This document shows positions 29,011-39,033 of a DNA stretch of 64,000 bases, piece after piece. The first letter of the stretch is position 1. The number at the start of each line of letters is the position of its first letter. The stretch is from Candidatus Cloacimonadota bacterium (GTDB taxonomy: Bacteria; Cloacimonadota; Cloacimonadia; G963667145): the NCBI GenBank assembly GCA_963667255.1, contig OY762940.1, positions 1,523,897-1,587,896 on the forward strand. Direction: 5' to 3'. The notes beneath the pieces were generated by a model, which searched no databases, was not told the origin of the DNA, and saw nothing but the letters and a program-made list of their open reading frames with translations. The translations under genes and the position numbers were made by a program.

Positions 29011-31272
29011 TTATTTAGCGTCAACTTGAGTTGTCACAATATTTTTCGCTTGGTTACTGTCTGCAGAGCTGTATAAGCTCTCCACCATTGGTGAATAAGC
29101 TATCACCAAACCGGCAAAAACGATTGAAACCATTGACATAAGTTTAATCAAAATGTTGATAGAAGGTCCGGATGTATCCTTGAAAGGATCACCAACTGTA
29201 TCGCCAACTACACAAGCTTTGTGAGTATCGGAGCCTTTTCCGCCGAAATTACCGGCTTCAACATACTTTTTGGCGTTGTCCCAAGCTCCACCGGCATTAT
29301 TCATCATAATAGCCAAAGAAAAGCCTGTAGCCAAGCCACCAACCAAAAGCCCCATTACACCGGGAACTCCCAAAAGCAACCCAACAACAATCGGAGTCAA
29401 AATTCCCAACAAAGCTGGAGCAACCATCTCTTTTTGTGCACCAATGGTAGAAATTTCCACACATCTAGCATAGTCAGGTTTAGCGGTTCCTTCCAAAATT
29501 CCGGCGATTTCTCTGAACTGTCTTCTAACCTCCGCAACCATATCCGAAGCAACTCTACCAACAGATTTCATAGTCATAGCTGCAAAAACGAAAGACACCA
29601 TCGCACCGATGAAAACACCGCAAAGCACTTTCGGGTTCATCAAGGTAATGCTGTAGTAATTAACAAAATCGGCAATTCCGGCTTTGGAAATCTCGATAAC
29701 CTCTTTCACTCCGCTGGAATAAACAACGGTGAAAGTTTTCATCCCCATATTCATAAAACCGATTCTGATTTGCTCGATATAAGAAGCGAGAAGAGCCATA
29801 GCTGTGAGAGCCGCAGAACCGATAGCAAAGCCTTTGCCTGTAGCGGCAGTGGTATTACCAACGGAATCAAGAGCATCCGTGCGTTTTCTAACCTCTTCGG
29901 GCAATCCGCTCATTTCGGCGTTTCCACCAGCGTTGTCGGCGATAGGACCGAAAGCGTCCATTGCCAAAGTTACACCCAAAGTTGAGAGCATACCAACTGC
30001 TCCAAAGCCTATTCCGTAAAGTCCCAATTCCATTTGAGTAAATCCGCCTGAAACGCTAAACGCTGCGATGATAGCCACAACTATTACCAAAACAGAAGCA
30101 AAAGTAGATTGCATTCCCACAGCAAGACCGTCTATTATCACGGTAGCAGGTCCGAAACTACCTTGAGCGGCTATCCCTTGAGTAGGAGCATACGCATCGG
30201 AAGTGTATTTCTCTGTGAAATAACCAACTAAAATACCGGCAGCAAGCCCGATAACAGTAGCAAGAAAAATTCCTAAAGAGATTTCGGCAGGCAACAGCAA
30301 CTTGGTTACAAAATAACCGGCAACAACGGTGAGTGCGGAACTTACATGCACGCCTTTATTCAGGCTCGCCATAAGCTCTTTGATGCTGGCACCCTCTTTG
30401 GTAGAAACCAAATAGATACCGACAATCGCCAAAATCGCTCCGACTCCAGCCATAACCATAGGGGCAATTACAAAATTCATCGCACCTGCACCAAGTCTGG
30501 CGGCTGCGGAAAATCCCAAAATAGATGTAGCCAAAATAGAACCTGTGTAAGATTCGTATAAGTCAGCCCCCATACCGGCAACATCACCAACATTGTCACC
30601 AACATTATCGGCAATAGTAGCAGGATTTCGAGGGTCATCTTCCGGAATACCGGCTTCAACTTTGCCCACAAGGTCAGCTCCGACATCAGCAGCTTTGGTA
30701 TAAATACCACCGCCAAGACGAGCAAACAGAGCTTGTGTAGAAGCACCCATTCCAGAGGCAAGCATAATAGTAGTGATAGTTTGCAAATCAAAACCCAATG
30801 CGTTCAAAGCAAAAAACTTAACACAAATATCAGCCAAAGCCAAACCAACAACAACGAGTCCCATAACGCCACCGGCTCTAAAAGCAACTTTGAGAGCAGA
30901 GTCCATGCTTTTAGTAGCAGATTGCACAGTCTTCACGGAAGCTATAGTAGCTGTGTTCATACCGAAAAATCCGGCTAAACCACTCAAAATACCTCCGGTC
31001 AAAAATGCCCATGGAACGAGCGGATGTAGCACTCCCATCCCCCAAGCCATTATGTTAAAAATAACAAAAGCAATTATAAAAAAGATTCCAACCCCTTTAT
31101 ATTGCTGTTTGAGATAAGCAAACGCCCCCTCGCGAACATGCTTACCAATAGTCTCCATAGTCTCGTTTCCGGCAGGTTGCTTCTTAACGCCCGCAAAAAT
31201 AATATAAGCGAAAACAAGAGCTATCAAAGCACCTACAGGTGCCAAATACCATATACCAGGTATTACATTCAT
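29011..31272 (-). CDS. hppA: membrane-bound ion-translocating pyrophosphatase (K+-dependent type)
   Basis: DVGADLVGKVE, EDDPRNP, DNVGDNVGD, GNTTAA, GDTVGDPFKDTSGP. Confidence 0.96.
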   Translation of the reverse strand: MNVIPGIWYLAPVGALIALVFAYIIFAGVKKQPAGNETMETIGKHVREGAFAYLKQQYKGVGIFFIIAFVIFNIMAWGMGVLHPLVPWAFLTGGILSGLAGFFGMNTATIASVKTVQSATKSMDSALKVAFRAGGVMGLVVVGLALADICVKFFALNALGFDLQTITTIMLASGMGASTQALFARLGGGIYTKAADVGADLVGKVEAGIPEDDPRNPATIADNVGDNVGDVAGMGADLYESYTGSILATSILGFSAAARLGAGAMNFVIAPMVMAGVGAILAIVGIYLVSTKEGASIKELMASLNKGVHVSSALTVVAGYFVTKLLLPAEISLGIFLATVIGLAAGILVGYFTEKYTSDAYAPTQGIAAQGSFGPATVIIDGLAVGMQSTFASVLVIVVAIIAAFSVSGGFTQMELGLYGIGFGAVGMLSTLGVTLAMDAFGPIADNAGGNAEMSGLPEEVRKRTDALDSVGNTTAATGKGFAIGSAALTAMALLASYIEQIRIGFMNMGMKTFTVVYSSGVKEVIEISKAGIADFVNYYSITLMNPKVLCGVFIGAMVSFVFAAMTMKSVGRVASDMVAEVRRQFREIAGILEGTAKPDYARCVEISTIGAQKEMVAPALLGILTPIVVGLLLGVPGVMGLLVGGLATGFSLAIMMNNAGGAWDNAKKYVEAGNFGGKGSDTHKACVVGDTVGDPFKDTSGPSINILIKLMSMVSIVFAGLVIAYSPMVESLYSSADSNQAKNIVTTQVDAK

Positions 31273-31341
31273 TATATTTCTCCTTTACCTTTATTATTAC
31301 TAAATAAAATACTATCAGTAAACTGCTGATATTTGTAAAAA

Positions 31342-32331
31342 CTATTCTTCTGTATTAATCTGCCACTCGGCAAAAGAGTTCAATATCTCCTGCCTGCTGA
31401 CACTCACTACGCCTATTCTCCCACAAACTACTCCGGCAGCGTGATTGGCAATGCGAGACGCCTCCACAATGTCAGCACCTGCACCTATTGCCAAAGCCAA
31501 CGAGCTGATAACAGCATCTCCGGCTCCACATACATCATAAACAGTCTGTGCAAAAGTAGGAATGTCAACCACCTGTTCACAAGCTTTCTGGAAAACAGAC
31601 AATCCATCTCTACCTTTGGTAACAACTAAAAATTCACACTGCAAATCGTCCACCATCTTCCAAGCCTTTTTCTCAAAATCTGCAAAATTGGTCAGCCCGC
31701 TCAATGAACAAAACTCAGCCATATTCGGCTTAAATACAGTCACTCCCTTGTAAGAAGTGAAATTGTTAAATTTCGGGTCAACACATACCGGCAAATTATG
31801 CTTCTTGGCAATTTTGATAACACCCTCTATCAAAAAAGCAGAAAGAAACCCCTTGTTGTAATCTTCCAAAATAACTCCCGAACATTCCGAAGCTACCCGT
31901 TCAAACCTGTCTAAAACCTCTTGAGCCAACTCGTTGTTAATAAAAGACTTGTCCTCAAAATCAATTCGCACTACTTGTTGATTACCGGCTACAACTCTGC
32001 TCTTGAGAGTTGTGGGACGATTTTCGCTAACGACCAAATAGTCCGCCGAAATTTTTTGCTCCGCCAAGCAATCGCGAAGATGTTGCCCTGCCATATCTTT
32101 GCCACAAACACCAAACATAAAAGGCTCTGCTCCGAGAGACGAAATATTGGCAGCCACATTGGCAGCACCGCCCAAACTGTATTTTTCTTCCCGCACATCC
32201 ACAACGGGAATAGGAGCTTCCGGAGAAATTCTGGAAACAACTCCATTGATATAATGGTCAACCATCAAATCGCCAAAAACGGCAATCTTCAAATTTTCAA
32301 AAGATTTTAATCGCTCTTTCAGACCTTTCAT
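31342..32331 (-). CDS. hldA: D-glycero-beta-D-manno-heptose-7-phosphate kinase (stand-alone RfaE domain I)
   Basis: RISPEAPIPV, GGAANVA, DYNKG, VDPK, DVCGAGD. Confidence 0.9.
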   Translation of the reverse strand: MKGLKERLKSFENLKIAVFGDLMVDHYINGVVSRISPEAPIPVVDVREEKYSLGGAANVAANISSLGAEPFMFGVCGKDMAGQHLRDCLAEQKISADYLVVSENRPTTLKSRVVAGNQQVVRIDFEDKSFINNELAQEVLDRFERVASECSGVILEDYNKGFLSAFLIEGVIKIAKKHNLPVCVDPKFNNFTSYKGVTVFKPNMAEFCSLSGLTNFADFEKKAWKMVDDLQCEFLVVTKGRDGLSVFQKACEQVVDIPTFAQTVYDVCGAGDAVISSLALAIGAGADIVEASRIANHAAGVVCGRIGVVSVSRQEILNSFAEWQINTEE

Positions 32332-32337
32332 AAAATA

Positions 32338-32973
32338 CTACTTTTTCTCTCTCTCATTTATCTTGAGCTCAGTCCCATTGAACAGTCGCTTGATATTACT
32401 GATGTGTTTTAGCCAAATAAAAATTGCAATCAATCCAGTCAACACCAAAATTGCCAACAAATCGGCACTTCCAGTGAAATAAAAATATAGATTTGCCAAA
32501 AACAAGGCAAGAGTAGCCAAAAGTGAGCCCAAGGAAACATACCGAGTTGTTGCCACAGTCAAGCCGAAAACGATAAAAGCAACCAAAAATGCAACTGGGC
32601 AAAGTCCGACAAAAAGACCTGCCGCACTCGCCACACCCTTGCCACCTCTGAACTTCAAAAAAATCGGAAAGATATTACCAAGTATTACCACAAGAGCCGC
32701 AAAAATCAAAAGAAAAGATTGATTTGTAAGGAAATGCCACTTCACAATTTGGATAAAAATCAAAGCCTTCAGAAAATCGGCAAAAAAAACAAGCACCCCG
32801 AACTTCCAACCCAAAATGCGAAACACATTAGTCGTTCCGATATTCCCACTACCATGCTCACGAATGTCTATGCCTTTCAAAAACTTGCCCGCAAGATATC
32901 CACTGGGAACGCTCCCGATAAGGTATCCGATTAGAAAAATAAAGAAAGGACTACTCATCGTTGATGTTGTCAT
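32338..32973 (-). CDS. plsY: glycerol-3-phosphate acyltransferase
   Basis: GYLIGSVP, DIREHGSGNIGTTN, FRGGKGVA, HISNIKRL. Confidence 0.96.
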   Translation of the reverse strand: MTTSTMSSPFFIFLIGYLIGSVPSGYLAGKFLKGIDIREHGSGNIGTTNVFRILGWKFGVLVFFADFLKALIFIQIVKWHFLTNQSFLLIFAALVVILGNIFPIFLKFRGGKGVASAAGLFVGLCPVAFLVAFIVFGLTVATTRYVSLGSLLATLALFLANLYFYFTGSADLLAILVLTGLIAIFIWLKHISNIKRLFNGTELKINEREKK

Positions 32974-34288
32974 TTTTCCCTCTTTGCTTATACGAGATTT
33001 TCACGCTAACTCCATAAAACCCAAACTCTTGCTTGAAATTGTTCAAAATATACCCTTTGTAAGCCGAACCGAGATTGTCGGGATTGGAGCAAACCATAAC
33101 AACCTTCACGGGATTGGTCTGTATCTGCGTTGCATAAAAAATCTTCACCAATTTACCTGTCGATTGACGAGGTGGAAATTTGTCCAACCATCTTTGCAAA
33201 GCCTCGTTCAACTTGGCTGTGGGAACTCTGTGCGAGCTCCTATCATACAAATCAATTCCCTCTTGCAAAATTCTCCCAACTCGTTGACCGGTGATGGCAG
33301 AAGTAAAAATTATCGGACAGTCATCCAAAAATCTAAAAAATTTGAAAGCCCTCTTTTTGTATTCATCGTAAGATTTGTTGTCTTTTTCGACTAAATCCCA
33401 CTTATTAACCACAACCAAAATATTTTTGTAATGCTTTTTGGCAAAAGCCCCGATTTTCTGGTCTTGATTAGAAAAATCCTGTGTAGCGTCCAACACAAGA
33501 ATAACAACATCACTGGAAATAATGGAAGCGATAGCTTTTTGCGAACTGAAATAGTCGACACCATAGTCAATCTTGCTCTTCCGCCGAAGACCAGCTGTGT
33601 CCACAAAATGAATCTCTCTGCCTTTGTAGGTAATGTCGCTCCCTATGGCATCTCGAGTAGTGCCGGAAATATCGCTAACAATAGAAATTTCCTCTCCGAA
33701 AACACGATTGAGCAAACTCGATTTCCCCACATTCGGACGACCAACGACACTAAACCGAATTTTGTTTTTCAGCTTCTCTTTCTCTTTGTCAACATTCACC
33801 CTCTCCCCTGCAATATCAACAACCATATCCAAAAGTTGCCTCGTCCCGCGATTTAACTTGGCAGATACAGAAACAGGCTCACCCAAACCCAAAGCCAGAA
33901 ATTCAAAATTTTGTGCGGCATCCATCTCCGAATCGCACTTGTTGGCTATCAACAAAGTTTCCTTATTTTGCAAAAGCTTGGCGATTCTCTTCTCCACAGG
34001 CAACAAACCTACCTGAACATCGACAACAAAAAGAATTAAATCAGACTCACGAATTACGCCTTCGACCTTCTCCAAAATCTCCTTATCAAAATCGTGCTTG
34101 CCAAAGAGACCACCAGTATCCACCAACTCAAACATTTTGCCATCCCAAAGCACAACATAACTTTTATTGTCTCTAGTAACACCCTCGGTAGGGTCGACAA
34201 TGGCGGAAATAGTTTTGGACAACCGATTGAACAGGAAAGATTTACCTACATTCGGTCGCCCAATAATAGCAACTTTTTTTATTGGCAT
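32951..34288 (-). CDS. der: ribosome biogenesis GTPase Der
   Basis: Two GRPNVGKS G-domains; GTTRD, DTAG, NKWD. Confidence 0.97.
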   Translation of the reverse strand: MPIKKVAIIGRPNVGKSFLFNRLSKTISAIVDPTEGVTRDNKSYVVLWDGKMFELVDTGGLFGKHDFDKEILEKVEGVIRESDLILFVVDVQVGLLPVEKRIAKLLQNKETLLIANKCDSEMDAAQNFEFLALGLGEPVSVSAKLNRGTRQLLDMVVDIAGERVNVDKEKEKLKNKIRFSVVGRPNVGKSSLLNRVFGEEISIVSDISGTTRDAIGSDITYKGREIHFVDTAGLRRKSKIDYGVDYFSSQKAIASIISSDVVILVLDATQDFSNQDQKIGAFAKKHYKNILVVVNKWDLVEKDNKSYDEYKKRAFKFFRFLDDCPIIFTSAITGQRVGRILQEGIDLYDRSSHRVPTAKLNEALQRWLDKFPPRQSTGKLVKIFYATQIQTNPVKVVMVCSNPDNLGSAYKGYILNNFKQEFGFYGVSVKISYKQRGKNDNINDE

Positions 34289-35565
34289 ATAGGGAAGGTT
34301 CTACAAAAATCCTTAACTTCCAAGCCTATTTTGGATAACTCAAATTCGTCTTCGTAGTTATTGTAAACACGAGAAATGAAGTCGGCAATTATTTGCATAT
34401 CAGACTCTTTCATCCCTCTAGTGGTCACTGCCGGAGTTCCCAAGCGAATCCCTGAAGCCACGAAAGGAGAGCGAGTGTCAAACGGCACAGCATTTTTGTT
34501 CACGGTAATCTCAGCAAGTCCCAAAGCGGTTTCCATCTTTTTGCCGGAAGGTCCGCCACTGTCTTTATCGCCCAAATCCCAAAGCATCAGATGATTGTCC
34601 GTTCCACCGGAAACCAAATCGAACCCGTGGCTCATCATACTCTTCGCCAACGCTTGAGCGTTAAGCAAAACTTGCTTTTGATACTGAACAAAATCATCGC
34701 TGAGAGCCTCGGCAAAAGCTACAGCTTTGGCAGCGATAACATGCTCAAGAGGTCCACCTTGCAAACCAGGGAAAACGATTTTGTCGATTTTTTGAGCGTA
34801 TTTCTCTTTGCACAAAATAAGTCCCGATCTTGGTCCTCGCAAAGTCTTGTGCGTAGTGGTCGTTACGATGTCGGCATACGGAACGGGAGACTGATGCAGA
34901 CCTACAGCTACAAGCCCCGCTATATGTGCCATATCCACAACCAAATAAGCACCAACCTTGTCGGCAATTTGTTTGAAACGAGCAAAATCCAACTTTCTAG
35001 CATAAGCGGAAGCTCCTGCCAAAATCATCTTCGGCTTGCACTCCTCCGCCAATTGCTCTATTTTGTCATAATCAAGCATCCCTGTGGATTGCTCAACGCC
35101 ATAATGAACAATATCGAAAAGCATACCAGAAAAACTGAGCGGGCTGCCGTGAGTGAGGTGACCGCCATGACTCAACTCCATAGATAGAACTCTATCTCCG
35201 GGCTCAAGCAAAGTAAAATATGCAGCCATATTCGCCGTAGAACCGGAGTGAGCCTGCACATTCACATGTTCAGCACCAAAAAGTTCCTTAGCTCTCTCTA
35301 TTGCGAGCCTCTCGATTTTGTCCACAACACCACAACCGCCATAATAGCGACCGTAAAGATTGTAGTTCAACTCATCGGTTTTTTTGCTCCAGCGATAAGG
35401 GTAGCCCTCGGCATATTTGTTGGTCAAAACGCTTCCGGTTGCCTCCAACACTGCCGGAGAAACATAATTTTCCGAAGCTATTAACTCCAACCCCTCTTTC
35501 TGGCGTTGTGTTTCTTTCAAAATCAAATCATAAATTTCTTTATCTCTGTTCTTTAAATTTTCCAT
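34279..35565 (-). CDS. glyA: serine hydroxymethyltransferase
   Basis: [33 protein letters not shown]. Confidence 0.98.
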   Translation of the reverse strand: MENLKNRDKEIYDLILKETQRQKEGLELIASENYVSPAVLEATGSVLTNKYAEGYPYRWSKKTDELNYNLYGRYYGGCGVVDKIERLAIERAKELFGAEHVNVQAHSGSTANMAAYFTLLEPGDRVLSMELSHGGHLTHGSPLSFSGMLFDIVHYGVEQSTGMLDYDKIEQLAEECKPKMILAGASAYARKLDFARFKQIADKVGAYLVVDMAHIAGLVAVGLHQSPVPYADIVTTTTHKTLRGPRSGLILCKEKYAQKIDKIVFPGLQGGPLEHVIAAKAVAFAEALSDDFVQYQKQVLLNAQALAKSMMSHGFDLVSGGTDNHLMLWDLGDKDSGGPSGKKMETALGLAEITVNKNAVPFDTRSPFVASGIRLGTPAVTTRGMKESDMQIIADFISRVYNNYEDEFELSKIGLEVKDFCRTFPICQ

Positions 35566-35626
35566 ATTACCTCTTCATTTTATCTAATCTTAAGGGCAAA
35601 AAAGCTGTCCATGTGTCAAATGTTTT

Positions 35627-36514
35627 TTACCCTCTCGGATGATATTTTTTGTGCACGCTTATCAGGTGCGATTTATCAATATTCGTGTAAATTTGCGTCG
35701 TGTTAATACTGGCGTGACCCAACATCATCTGAATAGCTCTGATACCAGCTCCGGCTTCCAACAAATGAGTAGCAAAAGAATGTCGCAAAATATGCGGAGA
35801 AATCTTCTTGCGAAATCCTGCCAAATCAGCCGCTTTTTGGATAATCTTCCACACACCCATTCGAGACAATTTTTTGCCGAACTTATTCACAAAAACCAAA
35901 TCGATAATATTTGTCTTTACCAAAAGCGGACGATAATTTTGAATATAACTTTTCATAACAGCCATCGCCGTATCACAAATGGGAATAAATCTTTGCTTGT
36001 TGCCCTTGCCTATCACTCGGATAACTTCTTGGTCAAACAACAAATCGTTCAATTTCAAATCAATCAACTCACTCTCCCTAAGCCCGCAAGCGTAAGCTAT
36101 CTCCAACATCGCTCTATTGCGAACACCCAAGGAAGTGCTGTCCTCGGCAAAAACTGCCAACAATTTTTCCACCTGCTCTATCGACAAAACAGACGGCAAT
36201 CGCAGACCCTGCTTGATTTTCGGAAAATCCGTGAGAGAGATAGGCAGCTCCTGTTGCACCTGCAAAAAATCGTAAAAGCCCTTAATCGAACTCCGCTTCC
36301 TCATCAACGATGCAGGCGACAAACCGTAGGACTGCAATTTAACCAAATAGTTTACCAAGTCTTGATTGTCAATTGCCTCAAGCTCTTTATTCACGAAGAG
36401 GATGAAATCTTCCAAATCCGCAAAATAAGCCTGCAAAGATTTCTCCGCAAGTCCCTTTTCTACCTGCAAATAGTAGCGGTAAGAATCAAGATGAAACTTT
36501 GTTTGTGGACGCAT
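35627..36514 (-). CDS. xerD: tyrosine recombinase XerD
   Basis: RNRAMLEIAYACGLRESE, GKGNKQR, HILRHSFATHLL, LGHASINTTQIYT. Confidence 0.88.
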   Translation of the reverse strand: MRPQTKFHLDSYRYYLQVEKGLAEKSLQAYFADLEDFILFVNKELEAIDNQDLVNYLVKLQSYGLSPASLMRKRSSIKGFYDFLQVQQELPISLTDFPKIKQGLRLPSVLSIEQVEKLLAVFAEDSTSLGVRNRAMLEIAYACGLRESELIDLKLNDLLFDQEVIRVIGKGNKQRFIPICDTAMAVMKSYIQNYRPLLVKTNIIDLVFVNKFGKKLSRMGVWKIIQKAADLAGFRKKISPHILRHSFATHLLEAGAGIRAIQMMLGHASINTTQIYTNIDKSHLISVHKKYHPRG

Positions 36515-36526
36515 CGCTTACAAATT

Positions 36527-37108
36527 TTACAGGATTTTCCTGATAATATCGGCAAGCTCTTTCACGGGAAGACCAACCACAGCGAACCAATCGCCATAAA
36601 TTTTGGTGATGAACTGTCCGGCAAGACCCTGCAAAGCGTAACCTCCTGCTTTGTCGTAAGGCTCTTTTGTCATCACATACTGGTCGATTTGCACCTTGTC
36701 AATTTCGTCAAAAGTCACCTTTGCTTTACCGTAACTAACCAGCGTTTCCTTCTTGTAATGGACAGCCAATCCCGTGTAAACTGAGTGAGTGCGACCGGAG
36801 AGTTTTTGCATAAAAAATCTGGCTTCCTCAACATCTCTCGGCTTACCAATAATTTTGTTGTCCAAACAAACAAAAGTATCCGCACCAATCACTATGCACT
36901 TTTCGTCACAATTTTTGGCAACATCCTCGGCTTTCAGCTTCGCCAACTCTTTGCACAACATAAGAGGAGTCAATTTTCTGTCCAAATTTTCATCAACATC
37001 GGAAACTATTTTCACAAACTTCACGCCCAACATCTGCAAAATCTTTTCCCGTCGCACGGAAGCCGAAGCCAAAACAACCTTCTTGCCTCGTAGTAAATTG
37101 TGTAAAAT
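36527..37108 (-). CDS. maf: Maf family nucleotide pyrophosphatase; probable ATT start at 37108
   Basis: VVLASASVRR, IGADT, GKP, DKAGGYALQG, VVGLP; frame extends upstream to ATT directly after AAGGAGG. Confidence 0.9.
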   Translation of the reverse strand: MLHNLLRGKKVVLASASVRREKILQMLGVKFVKIVSDVDENLDRKLTPLMLCKELAKLKAEDVAKNCDEKCIVIGADTFVCLDNKIIGKPRDVEEARFFMQKLSGRTHSVYTGLAVHYKKETLVSYGKAKVTFDEIDKVQIDQYVMTKEPYDKAGGYALQGLAGQFITKIYGDWFAVVGLPVKELADIIRKIL

Positions 37109-37129
37109 CTCTCCTCCTTTTAGCTAAAA

Positions 37130-38911
37130 CTACGCCTTATCAGCTTTCATCACAGCCAAAAAAGCCTCTTGCGGAATAGAAACAGAACCTATCTCTTTCA
37201 TCCGCTTTTTGCCCTTTTTCTGCTTTTCCAAAAGTTTTCTTTTCCGAGTAATATCGCCACCGTAACATTTAGCAGTCACATTTTTCCGCATCGCAGTTAT
37301 CGTAGAGCGAGCTATCACATCATTACCTATCGCCGCTTGAATAGGAATTTTGAACAGGTGTCGCGGTATCAAATCTTTCAATTTATCCGTAATATTCAGC
37401 CCCCACGAACGAGCCTTGTCTTTATGAGCCATAAAACTCATCGCATCCACTTTGTCGCCGTTGACCAAAATATCCACCTTCACAATCTCCGAAGTCCGAT
37501 AATCCGCGTAGGAGTAGTCCATCGAAGCGTATCCACTGGATACCGATTTCAGTCGAGAATAAAAATCAAAAATCAACTCCAGCAACGGAATATCGTAATG
37601 CAAACAAACCCTATCCTCATCAATGTATTCCATATTTTTTTGGATGCCCCGCTTGTCTATGACCAGCTTCATCACATTCCCGATAAATCGCGACGGAACG
37701 ATGATTTCCAAATTCATATACGGCTCTTGGATGTAGTCGATATTTTTCTGCTCGGGAAGATTAATCGGATTGTGAACCTCTACCATCTGACCAGACCTGT
37801 CAAAAACACGAAACGGGACAGACGGTGCAGTAGTAATAATCGCCACATCATACTCGCGATAGAGCCTCTCCACCACGATTTCCAGATGCAACATTCCCAA
37901 AAATCCACAGCGAAACCCGAAGCCCAAAGCCAAAGAGTTTTCCGGCTCATAAACCAAAGAAGCATCGTTCAACTTCAGCTTCTCCAAAGCATCCCGAAGT
38001 TCTTTGTATTCGTCGCTCGCCACAGGGAAAACGCCACTATAAACCATCGGCTTGACTTCCTGAAACCCCGCCAACGCTTCGGCACAAGGCTTGCTCACGC
38101 CCGTCACGGTATCGCCGACTTTGGCATCTTCTATGTCTTTTATTCCGGAAATAATATAGCCGACATCTCCCGCTTTGAGAGTTTTCTCGGGTTTCAAATC
38201 CAAACCAGCATAGCCAAGTTCATCAACAACAAACTCATAATCGTTCGACCAAAATTTTACTCTATCACCCTTGTTCAATGTCCCATCAAAAACTCTGACG
38301 ATAATGACCACACCTCTATATTTATCGTAAAATGAGTCAAATACCAAAGCCTTAACCGGCTGTTTCTCATCGCCTTTCGGAGGAGGAACATCTCGTATAA
38401 TCCCTTCGAGAAGTTCCTGAATGCCAATATTTGACTTGGCGGACACCTTGTAAATATTGTCTTGGCTCAGTAACTCTATCAACTTCTCCTCGCACGCCGG
38501 CACATTGGCAGACGGCAAATCGATTTTATTAATCACGGGAATTATTTCCAAATTGTTTTCCAAAGCAAGATAAAGGTTGCTCATAGTCTGAGCCTCCACT
38601 CCCTGAGCAGCATCCACCAGCAAAATCGCAGCTTCGCAGGAGTTCAAACTTCGCGAAACTTCATACGAAAAATCCACATGCCCCGGAGTATCGATAAGAT
38701 TGAGAACATACTCCTGACCCTGATATGTGTAAGTCATTCGCACAGCCTTGGACTTGATGGTAATCCCGCGTTCCTGCTCCAACTCCATATCGTCAAGCAC
38801 CTGTCCGTTAGCATCGTCAAGCACTCCCGTGAGTTGCAAAAACCTGTCCGAAAGAGTCGATTTGCCATGGTCTATATGTGCGATTATACAAAAATTTCTG
38901 ATATTATTCAT
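37130..38911 (-). CDS. lepA: elongation factor 4
   Basis: IRNFCIIAHIDHGKST, ERGITIK, DTPGHVDF, KCYGGDITRKRKLL; start moved to ATG 38911. Confidence 0.98.
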   Translation of the reverse strand: MNNIRNFCIIAHIDHGKSTLSDRFLQLTGVLDDANGQVLDDMELEQERGITIKSKAVRMTYTYQGQEYVLNLIDTPGHVDFSYEVSRSLNSCEAAILLVDAAQGVEAQTMSNLYLALENNLEIIPVINKIDLPSANVPACEEKLIELLSQDNIYKVSAKSNIGIQELLEGIIRDVPPPKGDEKQPVKALVFDSFYDKYRGVVIIVRVFDGTLNKGDRVKFWSNDYEFVVDELGYAGLDLKPEKTLKAGDVGYIISGIKDIEDAKVGDTVTGVSKPCAEALAGFQEVKPMVYSGVFPVASDEYKELRDALEKLKLNDASLVYEPENSLALGFGFRCGFLGMLHLEIVVERLYREYDVAIITTAPSVPFRVFDRSGQMVEVHNPINLPEQKNIDYIQEPYMNLEIIVPSRFIGNVMKLVIDKRGIQKNMEYIDEDRVCLHYDIPLLELIFDFYSRLKSVSSGYASMDYSYADYRTSEIVKVDILVNGDKVDAMSFMAHKDKARSWGLNITDKLKDLIPRHLFKIPIQAAIGNDVIARSTITAMRKNVTAKCYGGDITRKRKLLEKQKKGKKRMKEIGSVSIPQEAFLAVMKADKA

Positions 38912-39033
38912 AAGCCCACGCTTAAAAGCAGTGAGAAATTGTAAAGAAAATCCAAAAGGAAAAAAACAAATTTTCTTGTTGACATTGAGACTCATTCTCA
39001 TCTAATGAGTCCAAAAAAACTATAGGAGAAAAA

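Noticed and set aside
35627..36514. Tyrosine recombinase as a prophage or island integrase
   Set aside because: XerD-sized, embedded among housekeeping genes, no att sites or cargo seen
35639..38335. Long plus-strand ORFs 35639-36784 (381 aa) and 37169-38335 (388 aa)
   Set aside because: Antisense shadows of xerD/maf and lepA, with no recognisable motifs
38912..39001. N-terminal extensions in the ORF track (lepA to 39001; also 56994, 58828, 50370, 15706, 14507)
   Set aside because: Internal ATGs fit RBS position, stop/start overlaps or family N-termini better
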